A stretch of DNA of 64,000 nt, taken from Podarcis muralis. Lineage: Eukaryota. This document shows positions 1-12,888 of the stretch, in pieces. The position numbers and the translations under genes were made by a program. Below the pieces are notes generated by a model that worked only from the letters and a program-made list of their open reading frames with translations, made no database searches and was not told the DNA's origin. Position 1 is the first letter of the stretch, and every line of letters begins with the position of its first letter. Location: positions 42,718,001-42,782,000 of the forward strand of contig NC_135658.1 in assembly GCF_964188315.1 (NCBI RefSeq), given 5' to 3'.

Positions 1-554
1 GCACTTTATTCTGCTTTGTCCAGTTAGCTGCCATTCCTTGTCTCTGGGAAGTTCTGAACACTTTCAGCCGAATCCCACGTATGTAAGTCCAAATTTCTTC
101 AGTGGAATTTACTTGCATAAACCTTTTCCCAATGATGGGGAGGGTGAGGAAATGCAAAACATTTGTACGTGCTTTTCATAAATATAGATTTATAAAGAAT
201 TTCTTTAAATAGGAAAACAGGACATTTCACCACAGTGTGGAAGACTATGATCAACCAGCTGTGCAGGTGCTAACTGTTGATGAGCAACTTCCAAAGTCCC
301 TGTTTTCCATTCTTAAGGTTATTGTGCAGATCCAAACTGACTTGTTCTCAGTGGCTCCAACTGAGATGTATGGGTCAACCTGTATGGGATGCCACTGAGA
401 GGGTGGTGAGTCGTAGGACCTATTCCAGATGCTGGAATCACCAGAGGCAAGAGTTTCTGCAATATACATGCCTGCCCATCATAATATGAGCATTTCACCC
501 ATAAAGGAACAATGCTGGCTTCTCATTTGATTATACTGGCATAGGCACACACAC

Positions 555-695
555 CTGGCGGATACAGTATACTTCTGAATACCAGTTGCTGGAAACCACA
601 GGAGATGAGAGTGCTGCTGTGCTCAGATCCTGCTTGTGGGCTTCCCATAGGCATCTGGTTGGCCTGATCCAGAAGGCCTCTTCTTCTGTTCTTCT
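555..695 (+). mobile_element. CR1-like LINE 3' tail
   Basis: cttctgaataccagttgctggaaacc...ggcatctggttggcctgatccagaaggcctcttcttctgttc; homologous to 6300-6416 and 37440-37612. Confidence 0.6.
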
Positions 696-1183
696 GCATG
701 CATTCAGCATGATCTAAGCTCTTGTCAAGTCAGAGGAATGTGTCGGTACAACCATTCATACTCACACACCATATATATTGCTCCATGACACTCTGACTTG
801 CCAGGGGCTTTTCACGAATCACTGGGTGAGTGGCATGGCATGGGTGTGGGCAGGGTGGCCCAAGGCATTTTGCCACCTAGGGCAAAAATGCTCCACTCCC
901 CTGCGCTGCAGTCAGCAAACTCAGTAAGGATTGTCAAGAAGAAAGTAATCTTGGCAGGAGCGGAAGTGTTCCGCAGAGCTTTGCTGCCAGTCCCTCTCTC
1001 TTCTTAGAGGCCAGGGAGACCAGTGGTAAATCTGGGTCACGGAACTGGGGTGTCATGCTTTGAGGGATGCTGCCTGAGGCAGCTGCCTCATGGGGCGGGC
1101 AAGGCTCTGAGTGGGGACTTACCAAACCAGACTACTGCTCTCCTCTCAGTCCTTTTTGGAAGGGACAGAGGATAGGAACTAAC

Positions 1184-1795
1184 TGTGATGGCAGGGGGAC
1201 TTGGGCTCGGACTTGGAACCAGAGGAGTCTCAGTCCGCACTGGATCCTTTGCCTCAGGCAGCATCTGAACCAAGTCTGGGGCCTGATTCTGAAGAGCCCC
1301 AGTCTGCACAGGTTCCCCCGCAACAAACATCAGCTGGGCCGAGTCAGGGGCCTGAGCCTGCCCTGGCTCCAGATTACCTCATTGCCTTCAGCCGGGCAAT
1401 CACTTACAGCTGCTTCACTACCAGTTGGGTCAAGAGAGGCTGAGGCGGCCTCTGGGTCTAGTAACCCACCAACATCTCCCGAGCTGCAGAGACTAAGGTC
1501 TGAGAGAAGGAGAGACCTGAGTACTTGCAGGAGGAGTGCTCGCCTTCAGGCGAGACAGGGAGGTGAGTCACTGGGGGATCAGGACCGGCCGTTACCCTGA
1601 CAAAGATAAAAGGCTGTTGGACCCCGCCCCAGGTTGCAGGAGCAACATAGCTGTTTGCCAGAACCTGCCTTAAACCCTTTGCCTGACCTTGCCTGGTTTC
1701 CTGCCTTGGGCCTGTCGGACTGACTCCTTGCAGAACCCTTGGATACGGGACCGGACCTGGACCATGTTGCTCGGGTTACCCCCAGGCCCAGCACA
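1184..1795 (+). mobile_element. Solo LTR (Gypsy- or BEL-like), 612 bp
   Basis: TGTGATGG...CCCAGCACA termini, perfect 5-bp TSD CTAAC (1179-1183 and 1796-1800), TATA/polyA-like GATAAAAG and GC box; highly similar second copy at 6417. Confidence 0.85.
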
Positions 1796-1824
1796 CTAAC
1801 CCAAGTTGAAAGCTGCTGCCTGGC

Positions 1825-2049
1825 TTTATTTATTTATTGCATTTATATATCTCAGTTTTCCTCCAAGGAGCTCAAGGATATGTTCATAGTTCTCTTCCCC
1901 ATTTTACCCTCACAAAATTCCTGTGCAGTGGATTTGGTTGAGAGTGAGTGGTTGGCCCAAGGTCATCCAGTGAACTCCATGGCCAAGCGGGGATTTGAAC
2001 TCTGATATTCCAGATCCAAATCCAACACTCTAACCACTAAACCACACTG
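1825..2049 (-). mobile_element. tRNA-derived SINE (Squam3/MIR-like)
   Basis: ggcccaaggtcatccagtgaactccatggc...ctctaaccactaaaccacactg, antisense to the 22791 copy. Confidence 0.7.
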
Positions 2050-2719
2050 CAGAAAGCTTTTAACTTAGCTGGTCCTGTCACTGTGCAGAGGACATTCCCC
2101 GCAAACCAGAGGCTTTTGGGATGTATTTTCACTTTATGCATTCTGTGCCTTTATCCATTCTCTCGCCTTCCCCCCAAAGCCCTGCTGCTGGTGTCGAGGA
2201 AAGGAGGAGGTAAGAGAAGCAGTAGTATCTAATATGAAATTATAATGTGGGTTTGCATAAAGTGTTCAAAATCTTTTTGTCCACTAGAGAGCAATAGTGG
2301 GATTTGGAAATGGATTGTACTGCTCAATAAAAACCCTTCTGTTGGGTAGAAACCAAGAGTGGAAAGCAGTTCCTTCTCCTTTTAAGTGGTAGAAAACAAA
2401 GCAAGATTTCCCATCCAACCAAGCTGGGTATTTCAAGGTCTCTTCATTTAAGCAGTAGGCAAACTCTGCACTGTAACAAAATGTTCCTGGGTTTAAACCG
2501 AATGCCCCAGAGAGAGGGGTGGGGGAAGAGGGTGTCATTGGGAAAGAAGTAGATAAGGAAAGTAATCTTCCTTCTTGACAACAGGCAATCATAAAAAATA
2601 TTTAACAGCTCACAGTTCCTTGTAAATAATATTTTATCAATGCAAAGCAGTTCCACTCCCGGGTTCCCTTCAAAACCTGTACATGAGAATGAGGGGAAAT
2701 GAGTGATGGTAGATAGCTA

Positions 2720-3078
2720 CCGGGACACGGGTGGCGCTGTGGGTAAAAGCCTCAGCGCCTAGGGCTTGCCGATCGAAAGGTCGGTGGTTCGAATCCCCGC
2801 GGTGGGGTGCGCTCCCGTTGTTCGGTCCCAGCGCCTGCCAACCTAGCAGTTCGAAAGCACCCAGTAGATAAATGTGCAAGTAGATAAATAGGGACCGCTT
2901 ACTGGCGGGAAGGTAAACAGTGTTTCCGTGTGCGGCTCTGGCTCGCCAGAGCAGCAATGTCAGGCTGGCCACGTGACCCGGAAGTGTCTGCGGACAGCAC
3001 TTGAGTGAGATGGGCGCACAACCCTAGAGTCTGGCAAGACTGGCCCGTACGGGCAGGGGTACCTTTACCTTTACCTTT
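2720..3078 (+). mobile_element. Sauria SINE, full length
   Basis: gggacacgggtggcgctgtggg head, ggttcgaatcc B-box, (ACCTTT)3 tail, 9-bp TSD AGATAGCTA (2711-2719 and 3079-3087). Confidence 0.9.
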
Positions 3079-3178
3079 AGATAGCTAGCAGGCAGTGGGA
3101 GGGTGCTAATAATTTGGCACATTGTAGTGGCAATAGACCTATAAGCAGTCAGAGGTGCATATGGGGACCAAGTATGAA

Positions 3179-3180
<2 letters not shown>

Positions 3181-3252
<72 letters not shown>
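3181..3252. repeat. Compound microsatellite (GT)n(GA)n
   Basis: Directly visible; a similar compound repeat lies at 47569-47627. Confidence 0.95.
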
Positions 3253-3255
<3 letters not shown>

Positions 3256-6139
3256 TGATCTAGTTGATGATGGGAAAACAGTGCAGAGAGTGTGTGCACA
3301 CATTCTGAACAAGGCATGTTTCTCAGATAGTGTGTGTATGTGGAGAAGATCCAGCATTTAATCGGAAGAGGCGCACAGTTTCACAAATATTGCCTTGAAT
3401 GGGTCAGTATAATTGGTAAAAAAACATTTATAAGCCCTATGGCACTTTAATTGTGAACCGTTTTATTGTGACTTCAGTAAAGGCTGAGCATTTCCACCTG
3501 CTCGGCTCCATTAAGAAGCTGTTCTATAGGCAGTTGCCTTCAGGTGCCTGCCAAAGGTATTATGCCAAAAGGAAAGTAACTGGGGAGCCCTCCAGACCGT
3601 TCTTTTATCGCGGATGTTTCTGCAACATGTTCTTGACACAATAATACTGTATTAGTGGTGGATTTAGTCTTCTTTAGGTTGTTCTGCAATGCTTCCCCAG
3701 TGCTGCTACATTATTTCTACCTGGAGGGGATATAGTGCAACAAAAGTGAGACAAAAATGAAATGGGGTAGTTGTGATATAAAAACTTACAGATTTCAGCA
3801 GCAAGTTAAATGAATATGGACTGATCAGAAACGTAGCAATGTGACCATCCCGAAACTTTGGCAGATTCAGACAGTATTGAAAGTGGGATCACAAATCATC
3901 ATGAATGTCCAATAACAAGGGTGCCCAGAAGGGGTCCTTGGTACTTCTTCAATGGTTACCCATCCAGGCACTGACCAGAGCCAGGCCTTCTTCAGCAAGA
4001 GTGTTGGCCTCATGTACCTTCAGACCTGGGAAATTTGTAAGTGAATGAACTATTACAAAGACACCTCAAAATTCCATTGTTTCTCATCCATTTCTCAGGT
4101 AGCTGGGGAAGATTACATAACAATATAGGTGTCTCCCCACTTACACTCGTGTGACTTGCGCATGGCGCCGTATACATGTGGCACCGGGAAATAATTAAAT
4201 AAATCAATTTAAACTGCAAAAAGGTGAGGACTGTGGGGAAATGGCTTGAAAAGAGTGAGAAAACTGAAGAAAAAAAATGGCCTGAAAAGAGTGGGGAAAC
4301 ATCTAGTAATCCAAAACATTTTGGGGTACCAGTCTACTTGTCTACTTCTGAATCACAGCCAGGCACTTTGAGGTAGCGATCTACCCCGTTTGTTGTTGCT
4401 TACACATTGTCCTTCAGTGACGAGGAAGACAGAGCCACCATTCTTGATAGTCTGGCGAATGCTGCTGGTTTTTTAAAAGGTTTTACAGGCTTTTTCTGTG
4501 GTGTTCCCCACTATATGCGATTTCACATATATGCCTGGTACCCAAGAACGTAACCCCATGCCTGTATGTTCAATCTTAAGCATTTATTTGCTGTCATAAG
4601 TTTGTTCTAATGTGTAATGGGGTTGAAAAGCCTTCAGCCATTTTAAAGGTTTGAAAGGTAGTAGACTCCCGCTGCTGCTACACCCGATAAGCAATTGATG
4701 TAAATAAAGTTTGGTACTCCTATGTGGACCATGTTTCTCATCCCCTTCTGAACTGCTTTCTGTTTCCATTGCCATCCAACTACTGGACATGAGTGGGGAT
4801 CCAGCAATGGATAGAGAGGGCTTTAGCCTTGTCTTAGGGATCATGGTATGCACATTCAAGACATTGCTGGTCTTCCCAGCTGTTGCATGTGTGTTATTTT
4901 CAGAAGCTCAGTAATCCCTGGGGGGGTCATGGGTGGAATTGTGTGAATATGCCGGGTAGCTGAGGTGCAGAGGCTCTGGGAGTCCCTAAGGCAAGAGCAT
5001 TTCAAAGAGATGATATCAATTTGCAGCCTAGCAGAATCTTGAAGAAAAGAGCAAAAGATTGGGTAAGAGTAGGCATGACTTTTTGAAGGCAAGATGATGA
5101 AGAAGAAAAAAGAGGTTGCAATCCTATAATACTTTCCTGGGAGAATGTCCCATTCAACTCAGTGAGACTTCTGAATATAGACAGTGCAAATCACCACTGG
5201 AATGCGTAGGTTCCTTCCAAAGGGCTGTAGGAATACACTGGATTTATGAATGGCCATGAGAATGCCTTAAATTAAACCAAGGGTGTGACCCATTTTGAGT
5301 TTTGTTTCCCAACAGCACCTGTCTCTCTCTTAACAATATCTATTTCCCTACTTCTGAACATATTTTTAGCAGATATGGCTCCGGCTGATTTGAAAGATGC
5401 TGCAGATTATAACGGTGCCTGGCCAAGACAGCCAGAATAGTTATGTTTGTCAAAGTTTCCATTATAAATCTCCTTTTTTTGAAAGGTTTATAACTTCTCG
5501 TTCTATTTGTAGCTCACAAATACCCTCTTAACTTCTTTCCCTCTCTCTTTCTCTTGCTGCGTTCCTGCCCACTGATGGTTATCAGTTAGGCTTGAAATAG
5601 GGTTTTCTGAAGTTATCAGGAATTGTTTAGATGTCGCCACCTTTACAATACATGGCCACCAGACAATGTCAAGTGTGCTTTTCTGCCAAGCAGACTGCAA
5701 TTGGCAGCAGGTTGGTCTCCCCAGCCATTAGGTGCGGTGAAGCCCATGCCTCAGGTGGCAGAAGTCCCAAATGATGAAACGAAATGCGCCCAAATGACCC
5801 TGTTCTTAGGTAACCCTGAAAGCACCCTGGTCAGGAGGCAGGTAAAGGCTTGGTTAGGCAAGCACCCCAGAACTAGCAGTAGAAGGTATTATGAGCTTCA
5901 TTTTCCTGAAGGTGTCTCTGCCTCAGAGAGACAGACGTCTTCCTTCTTCAGGAGGAAGTGGCACAAAGAAGGGGGTGCCCCCAATGCCCCCCCTCCACAG
6001 GAAGGAGACCTTTAAATGTCCAGTTTCTGAGTTCCAGAAAGTCCCCTTCCCCCCCTTTCTCTCCCCAGTCCAACCCACCTTCTTCAGTTCTAATCAATTT
6101 CTTCCCTCCCCTCTATTTAGTACTTTCCAGGTACCTATA

Positions 6140-6416
6140 CAAATTTGAACTAAATCATACAGTTGAACTATGGAGCTCATTTGCACAAGAGGCAGTGATA
6201 ACCACCAGATAGGATGGCTTTAGAAGAGGATTAGACAAATTCATGAGGCTATCCACAGCTACTAGACATGACTGCTTATGTCTTACTGTCAGAGGAAGTG
6301 TGCTTCTGAATACCACTTGCTGAGAACTGGTGGTGGGGAAAGTGTTGTGGTGCTCAGGTTCTGATGGCAGGTGTCCCTTGGGCATCTCATTGACTACTGT
6401 GAGAACAGGATGCTGG
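6140..6416 (+). mobile_element. CR1-like LINE 3' fragment interrupted by the LTR
   Basis: ggatggctttagaagaggattagacaaattcatg (degenerate DGFKRGLDKFM) then ...actgtgagaacaggatgctgg cut at 6416; same family tail at 555-695 and 37440-37612. Confidence 0.65.
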
Positions 6417-9400
6417 TGTAATGGCCTGGGACTTGGACTCAGACTTAGAACCAGAGGAGTCTCAGTCCGCACCAGATCCTTTGCCTCAGGCGGCATCTGG
6501 ACCAAGTCTGGGGCCTGATTCTGAAGAGACCCAGTCTGCACAGGTTCCCCTGCAACAAGCACCAGCAGGGCCAAGTCAGGGCCCTGAGCCTGCCCTGGCT
6601 CCAGATGCGGGAATTACCTATTTCCCTTCAGCTGGGCCATCACTTACAGCTGCTCCACTACCAGTTGGGTCAGGAGAGGCTGAGGTGGCCTCTGGGTCTA
6701 GTAACCAACCAACATCTCCCGAGCTGCAGAGACTAAGGTCTGAGAGAAGGAGAGACCTGAGTACTTGCAGGAGGAGTGCTCGCCTTTGGGAGAGACAGGG
6801 AGGTGAGTCACTGGGGGATCAGGACCAGCCGTTACCCCGTCAAAGATAAAAGGCTGTTGGACCCCGCCCCAGGTTGCGGGAGCAACAATTTTTTTTTTTT
6901 ATAATTTTTTATTAGAGATTTTTCTTATGGTTACAAAGATAAAACAAAACATGACAATACATTAAAACATAACAAACAAATAATAACAAGTATACTTTCA
7001 AATCTTATTTTCTTAAACCTTACTTCCCTGACTTCCTCATGCTTCCCCTTTCTGTGTTCCAATTTCTAATCAATTACTCAGCAAATCTTCTCGTATTTTA
7101 ACTTAATTTACTCATTTTTCTCCTTGTCTTAACCATTACCGCTATCAACCATTTATTTCACTAATCCATCATCCTTCTAAACTTCATAAATTTTGCAATA
7201 TTTCTTTAAATAGTCCTTAAATTTTCTCCACTCCTCCTCCGCTGCTTCTCTTCCCTGGTTTCGGATTCTGCTCGTCATCTCTGCTAGGACCATGTAGTCT
7301 ATCACCTTCATCTGCCATTCTTCCAAGGTGGGTAGATCTTGTGTCTTCCAGTACTTAGCGATGAGTATTCTTGCTGCTGTTGTAGCGTACATAAAAAAAG
7401 TCATATCCTTCTTTAACACCCCCTGGCCGACTATGCCCAAGAGAAAGGCCTCTGGTTTCTTTGGGAAGGTATATTTAAATACCTTTTTCAGTTCGTTATA
7501 TATCATTTCCCAGAATGCCTTAATCTTCGGGCACGTCCACCAGAGATGAAAGAACGTACCTTCATTTTCTTTACATTTCCAACATTTATTGTCAGGCAAA
7601 TGGTAAATCTTTGCAAGCTTGACTGGGGTCATGTACCACCTATAGATCATTTTCATAATATTTTCTCTTAGGGCGTTACACGCCGTGAACTTCATCCCGG
7701 TGGTCCACAACTTTTCCCAGTCAGCAAACATAATGTTATGCCCTATGTCCTGAGCCCATTTAATCATACTTGATTTGACCGTTTCATCCTGTGTATTCCA
7801 TTTCAACAGCAAGATGTACATTTTTGACAGATTTTTCTTACTGGGTTCTAACAATTCAGTTTCTAATTTTGATTTTTCCACCTGGAAGCCAATCTTACTA
7901 TCCATCTTAAAGGCCTCGTTTATTTGATGATAATGAAGCCAATCTCTCACTTTCTCTTTTAATTTCTAAAAACTCTGCAATTTCAGTTTATCCCCTTCCT
8001 TCTCCAAGATTTCCCAATATTTTGGCCACTTAGGCTCCATGTTTAACTTTTTAACTGCCTTAGCTTCCATTGGTGACAACCACCTTGGGGTTTTATTTTA
8101 TTGTTTTATTTTCCAACAAATCTTTATATCTGGTCCATACATTAAATAGTGCTTTTCTGACAATATGGTTTTTAAATCCTTTATGCGCTTTGACCTTGTC
8201 GTACCATAAATATGCATGCCACCCAAACGTATTATTGAAACCTTCCAAATCCAAGACATCTGTATTCTCAAGAAGTAGCCAATCCCTTAGCCAGCAAAAC
8301 GCTGCCGCTTCATAGTAAAGTTTAAAGTCTGGCAGGGCAAGTCCCCCCCTTTCCTTTGTATCTGTTAAGATCTTAAATTTTATTCTGGGCTTCTTGCCCT
8401 GCCAGACAAATTTAGATATATCTTTCTGCCACTTCTTAAAACAGTCCATCTTGTCTAGTATTTGCAATGCTTGGAACAAAAACAACATTCTTGGCAATAC
8501 ATTCATTTTTATAACTGCAATTCGACCCAACAAGGAAAGCTTCAAATTTGACCAAGTCTCTAGATCTCTTTTTACTTCTGTCCAAATTTTTTCATAATTG
8601 TCCTTAAATATGTTCACATTCTTCGTTGTCATATTTATCCCCAAATACTTCACTTTCTTAACCACAGTTAACCCTGTCACATTCTGAAACCTTTCTTTTT
8701 CAAACAATGTCATATTTTCCCCCAATACCTTAGTAAAAACTTAGTAAAAATTATTCAATTTAAATCCCGCCAGTTGACCAAACTCTTGAATTAATTCCAA
8801 AACCCTTTTCGTACTAGCTTCTGGCTCCTGCAGTGTAAGTACCAAGTCATCTGCAAATGCTCTCAATTTATATTGTTTTGCTCCGACCTGAATCCCTTTA
8901 ACCAACAGGTCTCCTCTGATCATATTTAGCAGAACCTCCAGGACTGAAATAAAAAGTAATGGAGAGATTGGGCACCCCTGACGTGTCCCTTTTTCTATCT
9001 TGAACTCTTCTGTAACAACGTTATTTACAATATTTTCGCTTTCTGCTCCGAGTATATGGCACCTATACCATTTTCAAACCCTTGGCCTACCCCCATCCCC
9101 CGGAGGTTCTTCATCATAAAACTCCAAGAAATGTTGTCGAAGGCTTTCTCAGCGTCTACAAATATCAACACTGCTTTGGTGTTTATATTCACCTCCAACT
9201 TTTCTAAAATGTCAATTATATTCCTTACATTATTCGACAAATGTCTTTTTGGGAGAAAGCCTGCTTGGTCCCCATGAATCTCCTCCATCAACACTCTTTT
9301 CAATCTCTTTGCTAAAATGTCCGCAAAAATTTTGTAATCCACATTCAATAATGAGATGGGACGGTAGTTCTTAAGTTGGGTCTTTTCAGTCTCTGTCTTT

Positions 9401-10098
9401 GGTATAAGTGTGATATAAGCCTCTCTCCACGTATCAGGTGCCTTTTTCCCTTCCATGATTTCATTACAAACTTCCTTCAAAGGTTTTATTAAGCATTCCT
9501 TCAAAACTTTATAATACTTGGAAGTCAATCCGTCCAGTCCTGGAGATTTGCCCAGCGTCATATTTTGAATGGCATCTTCTATTTCTTGTTCCGATATATC
9601 CTGATTCAACATTCTCTTACTTTCCTGAGAGATCTTTTTCAGTCCATTTTTCTCAAGGAATTGCTCTATTTCAGTTTCTTTCTGCGGCCCTTGTGAATAA
9701 AGTTGTCTAAAGTAGCTCTGAAAACAGTTTCTAATTTCCACTGGGTTACAAATATTCTTTCCATTCACTTCTAAACTTGTAACCGTGTTGAGTTTTTGTC
9801 TTTTCTTTATTTGCCAAGCCAATAACTTACCACATTTGTCTGCAGATTCAAAAATCTTTTGTCTCATTTGTTTAATTTTCCATTCTACTTCTTGATTCAT
9901 CATTTCCATAAACTGTGTTTGATATAATTTAATTTCTTTTAGAATCTCTTGCGATTTCGGTTTCGATCTTAGTTTCCTTTCCCCTTCTTTTATTTTTTCC
10001 AAAAATTTTTCTTTCTTCTCATTTTGACTTCTTTTTTTCAGAACAACATTGCGGGAGCAACATTGCTGTTTGCCAGAACCTGCCTGAGACCCTGCGCC
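6417..10098 (+). mobile_element. Second copy of the same LTR, split by an L1 (LTR parts 6417-6887 and 10049-10098), 3' end missing
   Basis: Starts TGTAATGG, colinear with 1184-1690; homology resumes after the L1 (gctgtttgccagaacctgcct) then stops near 10098. Confidence 0.85.
6888..10048 (-). mobile_element. 5'-truncated L1-clade LINE (ORF2 RT and C-terminal CCHC; endonuclease absent), frameshifted
   Basis: ORF pieces 9025-10002, 8741-8923, 8093-8725, 7177-7950 give YRPISLLNVDYK, DAEKAFD, AFADD, CWKC..HLWWTC; AATAAA and poly(A) at the 6888 end; 14-bp TSD TTGCGGGAGCAACA (6874-6887 and 10049-10062). Confidence 0.95.
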
Positions 10099-12888
10099 TG
10101 TGTAGTTACCATTGATTTCAGGGGTTTATGATGAGTGTGCATCCCCCTCCTCTCTCTCAAATCATTTCTGTTTCTCTTTGAAGTTCTTGGCTTAATTCTG
10201 AATTCCGTACTTGCATAGCTCAGGCTCAGCAATGGCATTTGGGTCTCAACAGCTGATCATCAGACAGCTTTAGAATCAGTGCTACAATAGTTCAGAGTGG
10301 GGTGGCATTCCACATTAGGAGCATAGGAAAATCCATGGGCAGGATCCCCAATTCAGCCCACAAACCAAACAGCCAACTCCAAGTTGCTCCTAATAAAAGA
10401 TTTAAGAAGGTTTAAGGTGGCCCTTAATCTTCATTCTCCATAAAAAACAAAGCCATGCTATGCTCTCTCCGCAGTAATATTATTATGTGGGTTCCTTATC
10501 CAGTCTTCAGTAAGTGGCTGGAAGCAGGGAAGCAGAAAGAAGGTCCAGCTCTTTCTTTTGCTCCGCGAGAGTGAACATAAACCATGGATTCTCCCCTTCC
10601 CTCAGATCTCATAGATCTCTCTGCTGCCACCTTAAATGAAGAGAATGCAGCCTGGTAGCAATGGATTGGGTTTGAATTTTGCTTTGCTTTTTGAAATAAT
10701 ATGAGATCTGAAACAGAGCCATTCTTCAAAATTCACAGGTATCTGAATTTTGCAATGCAGTTCTCCAACCAACTAGTGTTTTAAAATATGCCTTATATTG
10801 GGTCAAATTGTGCCTAAAATGAAAATCTTTGTAAAAATAACATACAAAAATGCATTGCATCATGAGAAAATGCTTGCAAAAAGGAGTGCACCAGTCAAAA
10901 CTGCATACATAAATGTGCTTATTAGAAAAAATATATATGCACTAAGGATTTGAAGAATTTTAAAAAAAGAAAATCCACAAACTGGTGCAGAAATAATGGG
11001 GAAAATGAGAAACCAAGAGAATGAACATTTACAGAGCCTTCCATCCCTAGCCAACAGTCTGGAATAATCTGGAGTTGGACTGGACACTGGGGCTTGATTG
11101 AAGCAGCCTCTCTGGGAGGAGTTACAGTGCTGGGAGTACCAGCTTCCAAATGTCTGTGTCTGTCCTTGAATTCTTCATGTGAAGCAAAATGGTCAGCACA
11201 GCCGTTGAGGTGTCAGGGCTCACCTTGCTTCCCAGTGTTGTGCATCACTGCTGGAGGGAAAGGCAGTGGGGAGTTCAGAGTGGTGTGGTTGCCCTATTGG
11301 GTGTACTGGATTGGCTCCACCTCTGTGTACCAGGTCCTCTCCAAGTCACATCCCAGAGTGGAGATATGTATATCCTCTGCATCATTTTCATTTTCGAAAA
11401 GGAGTAGCTGTACAAGTCTCATAAAGGCCTAGGGCATTGCAACCAATTCTAGGCCAAAGGTGAGGTACCTGTGGCCCACAAGTTGTTGCTGGAGTGCAAT
11501 TCCCATCAACAACAGTAAGTGTGGCCAATGGTCAGGGATGATGGGAGCAGATGCCTAGAGGACCACAGATTCCCCATTAGGAGTGCTACATCTGGATTTT
11601 TAGGCACTGAGTTTATAGGCACTTTGTTGGTGAGCTGAAAACAGAGTCCCCAGATTGTCTATAAATCTCCCTGTGCTCCCTATCTTAGCATTGCACCCCT
11701 GGAGACATTTTGGACATATGTAGGATTCACAGTACTTAGCTTGGGAAAGGGAGAAAGGGAGCAGCACTAACAAAAGTGCAGAGTGGAGAATGAGAAAGGG
11801 AAGAATCAGACTGCAGTCTGATTCTTGAAAGAAACATTGTGCTTTAAAAAATAAAATAAAACCAGTGATGTTGCTTGCGGGCAAAGGGTTTTACTATGTT
11901 GCGTTCAGTGGTGTCTTGAACTAAGACAACTGAAGATCCTTTGTCCCTTGTGAAGACAGGCCACTGATCAAAGCAACAGGGTGTAAACTTTACAGAACTA
12001 GCATATTCCAAGCATCTGGATGAGGTCTGGCTCTGCCTATACCTTTTTTAAATTGTTGTTGATATAAGATGTGTTTGTGCAGCACACCTGATCTTCACAA
12101 GATCCCCGTGCACAGGGGCTGCAGCCAAAGATGCTGTAGGGCTAGCATGGGCTGCACATTTGCACCACAACTTTCTGATGTCTATACTAGGGTGTTCCAG
12201 TGGGGAAGGCACACATGTTTTGGGGAGTGTCTGCCTGAATGTTACAAACAGGAGTGCGACTCACGCAAGAACACAAACACTTCCAGTGTGGAATCTGCAT
12301 ATCTTTCAATATCTTGTGTTGAATCCACAGTTGGGTGAGCAGACCACTCAAGCAATGGCTCGTTCCTGTCACTTCCTCAACCTTTCACCTTGCAAGAAGC
12401 CTCATTGGACAAATGGGGGACCTTCCTGACAGGACTTCAGTGAGAGGAGAGGAGAGAATTTTTAGAAGTCTCACATGAGTGGAAAAAGTCACCCTTCCAT
12501 AGCAGTCACTTCCATCACAGCCCATGCTATTCAGGATGGTCTCCCAAACCTATGGTGAGACTTTTGGGTGGATATAATAAAGGACAGGAAAGACCCATAG
12601 TTGTCTTCTGCTCTCTGTCTTTAGGTCTACCCTGAATATAATGATATGTCAATGAGCCTGTGCTTGGGATATACCTTATAATTATACTGATATGTTTTCC
12701 AATTCATTTCTGCTTGTATGCTATGAAATGCTAGAGCTGTTTAGCAAAATGGCAGAAAGGTTTGACGACATGGTCTCTGTACATAAGGATTTTTACCATA
12801 ATAAATTGCTGTGTTAACGCAGAAAACTAACTAGGCTGACTTGCTGGAATTTCCTCCTACCAAATACAAGGCCTTTCTAGTAGTTACG

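Noticed and set aside
5623-6015. 130-aa ORF with a TTG start
   Set aside because: No recognisable motif, no splice context, adjacent to repeat debris
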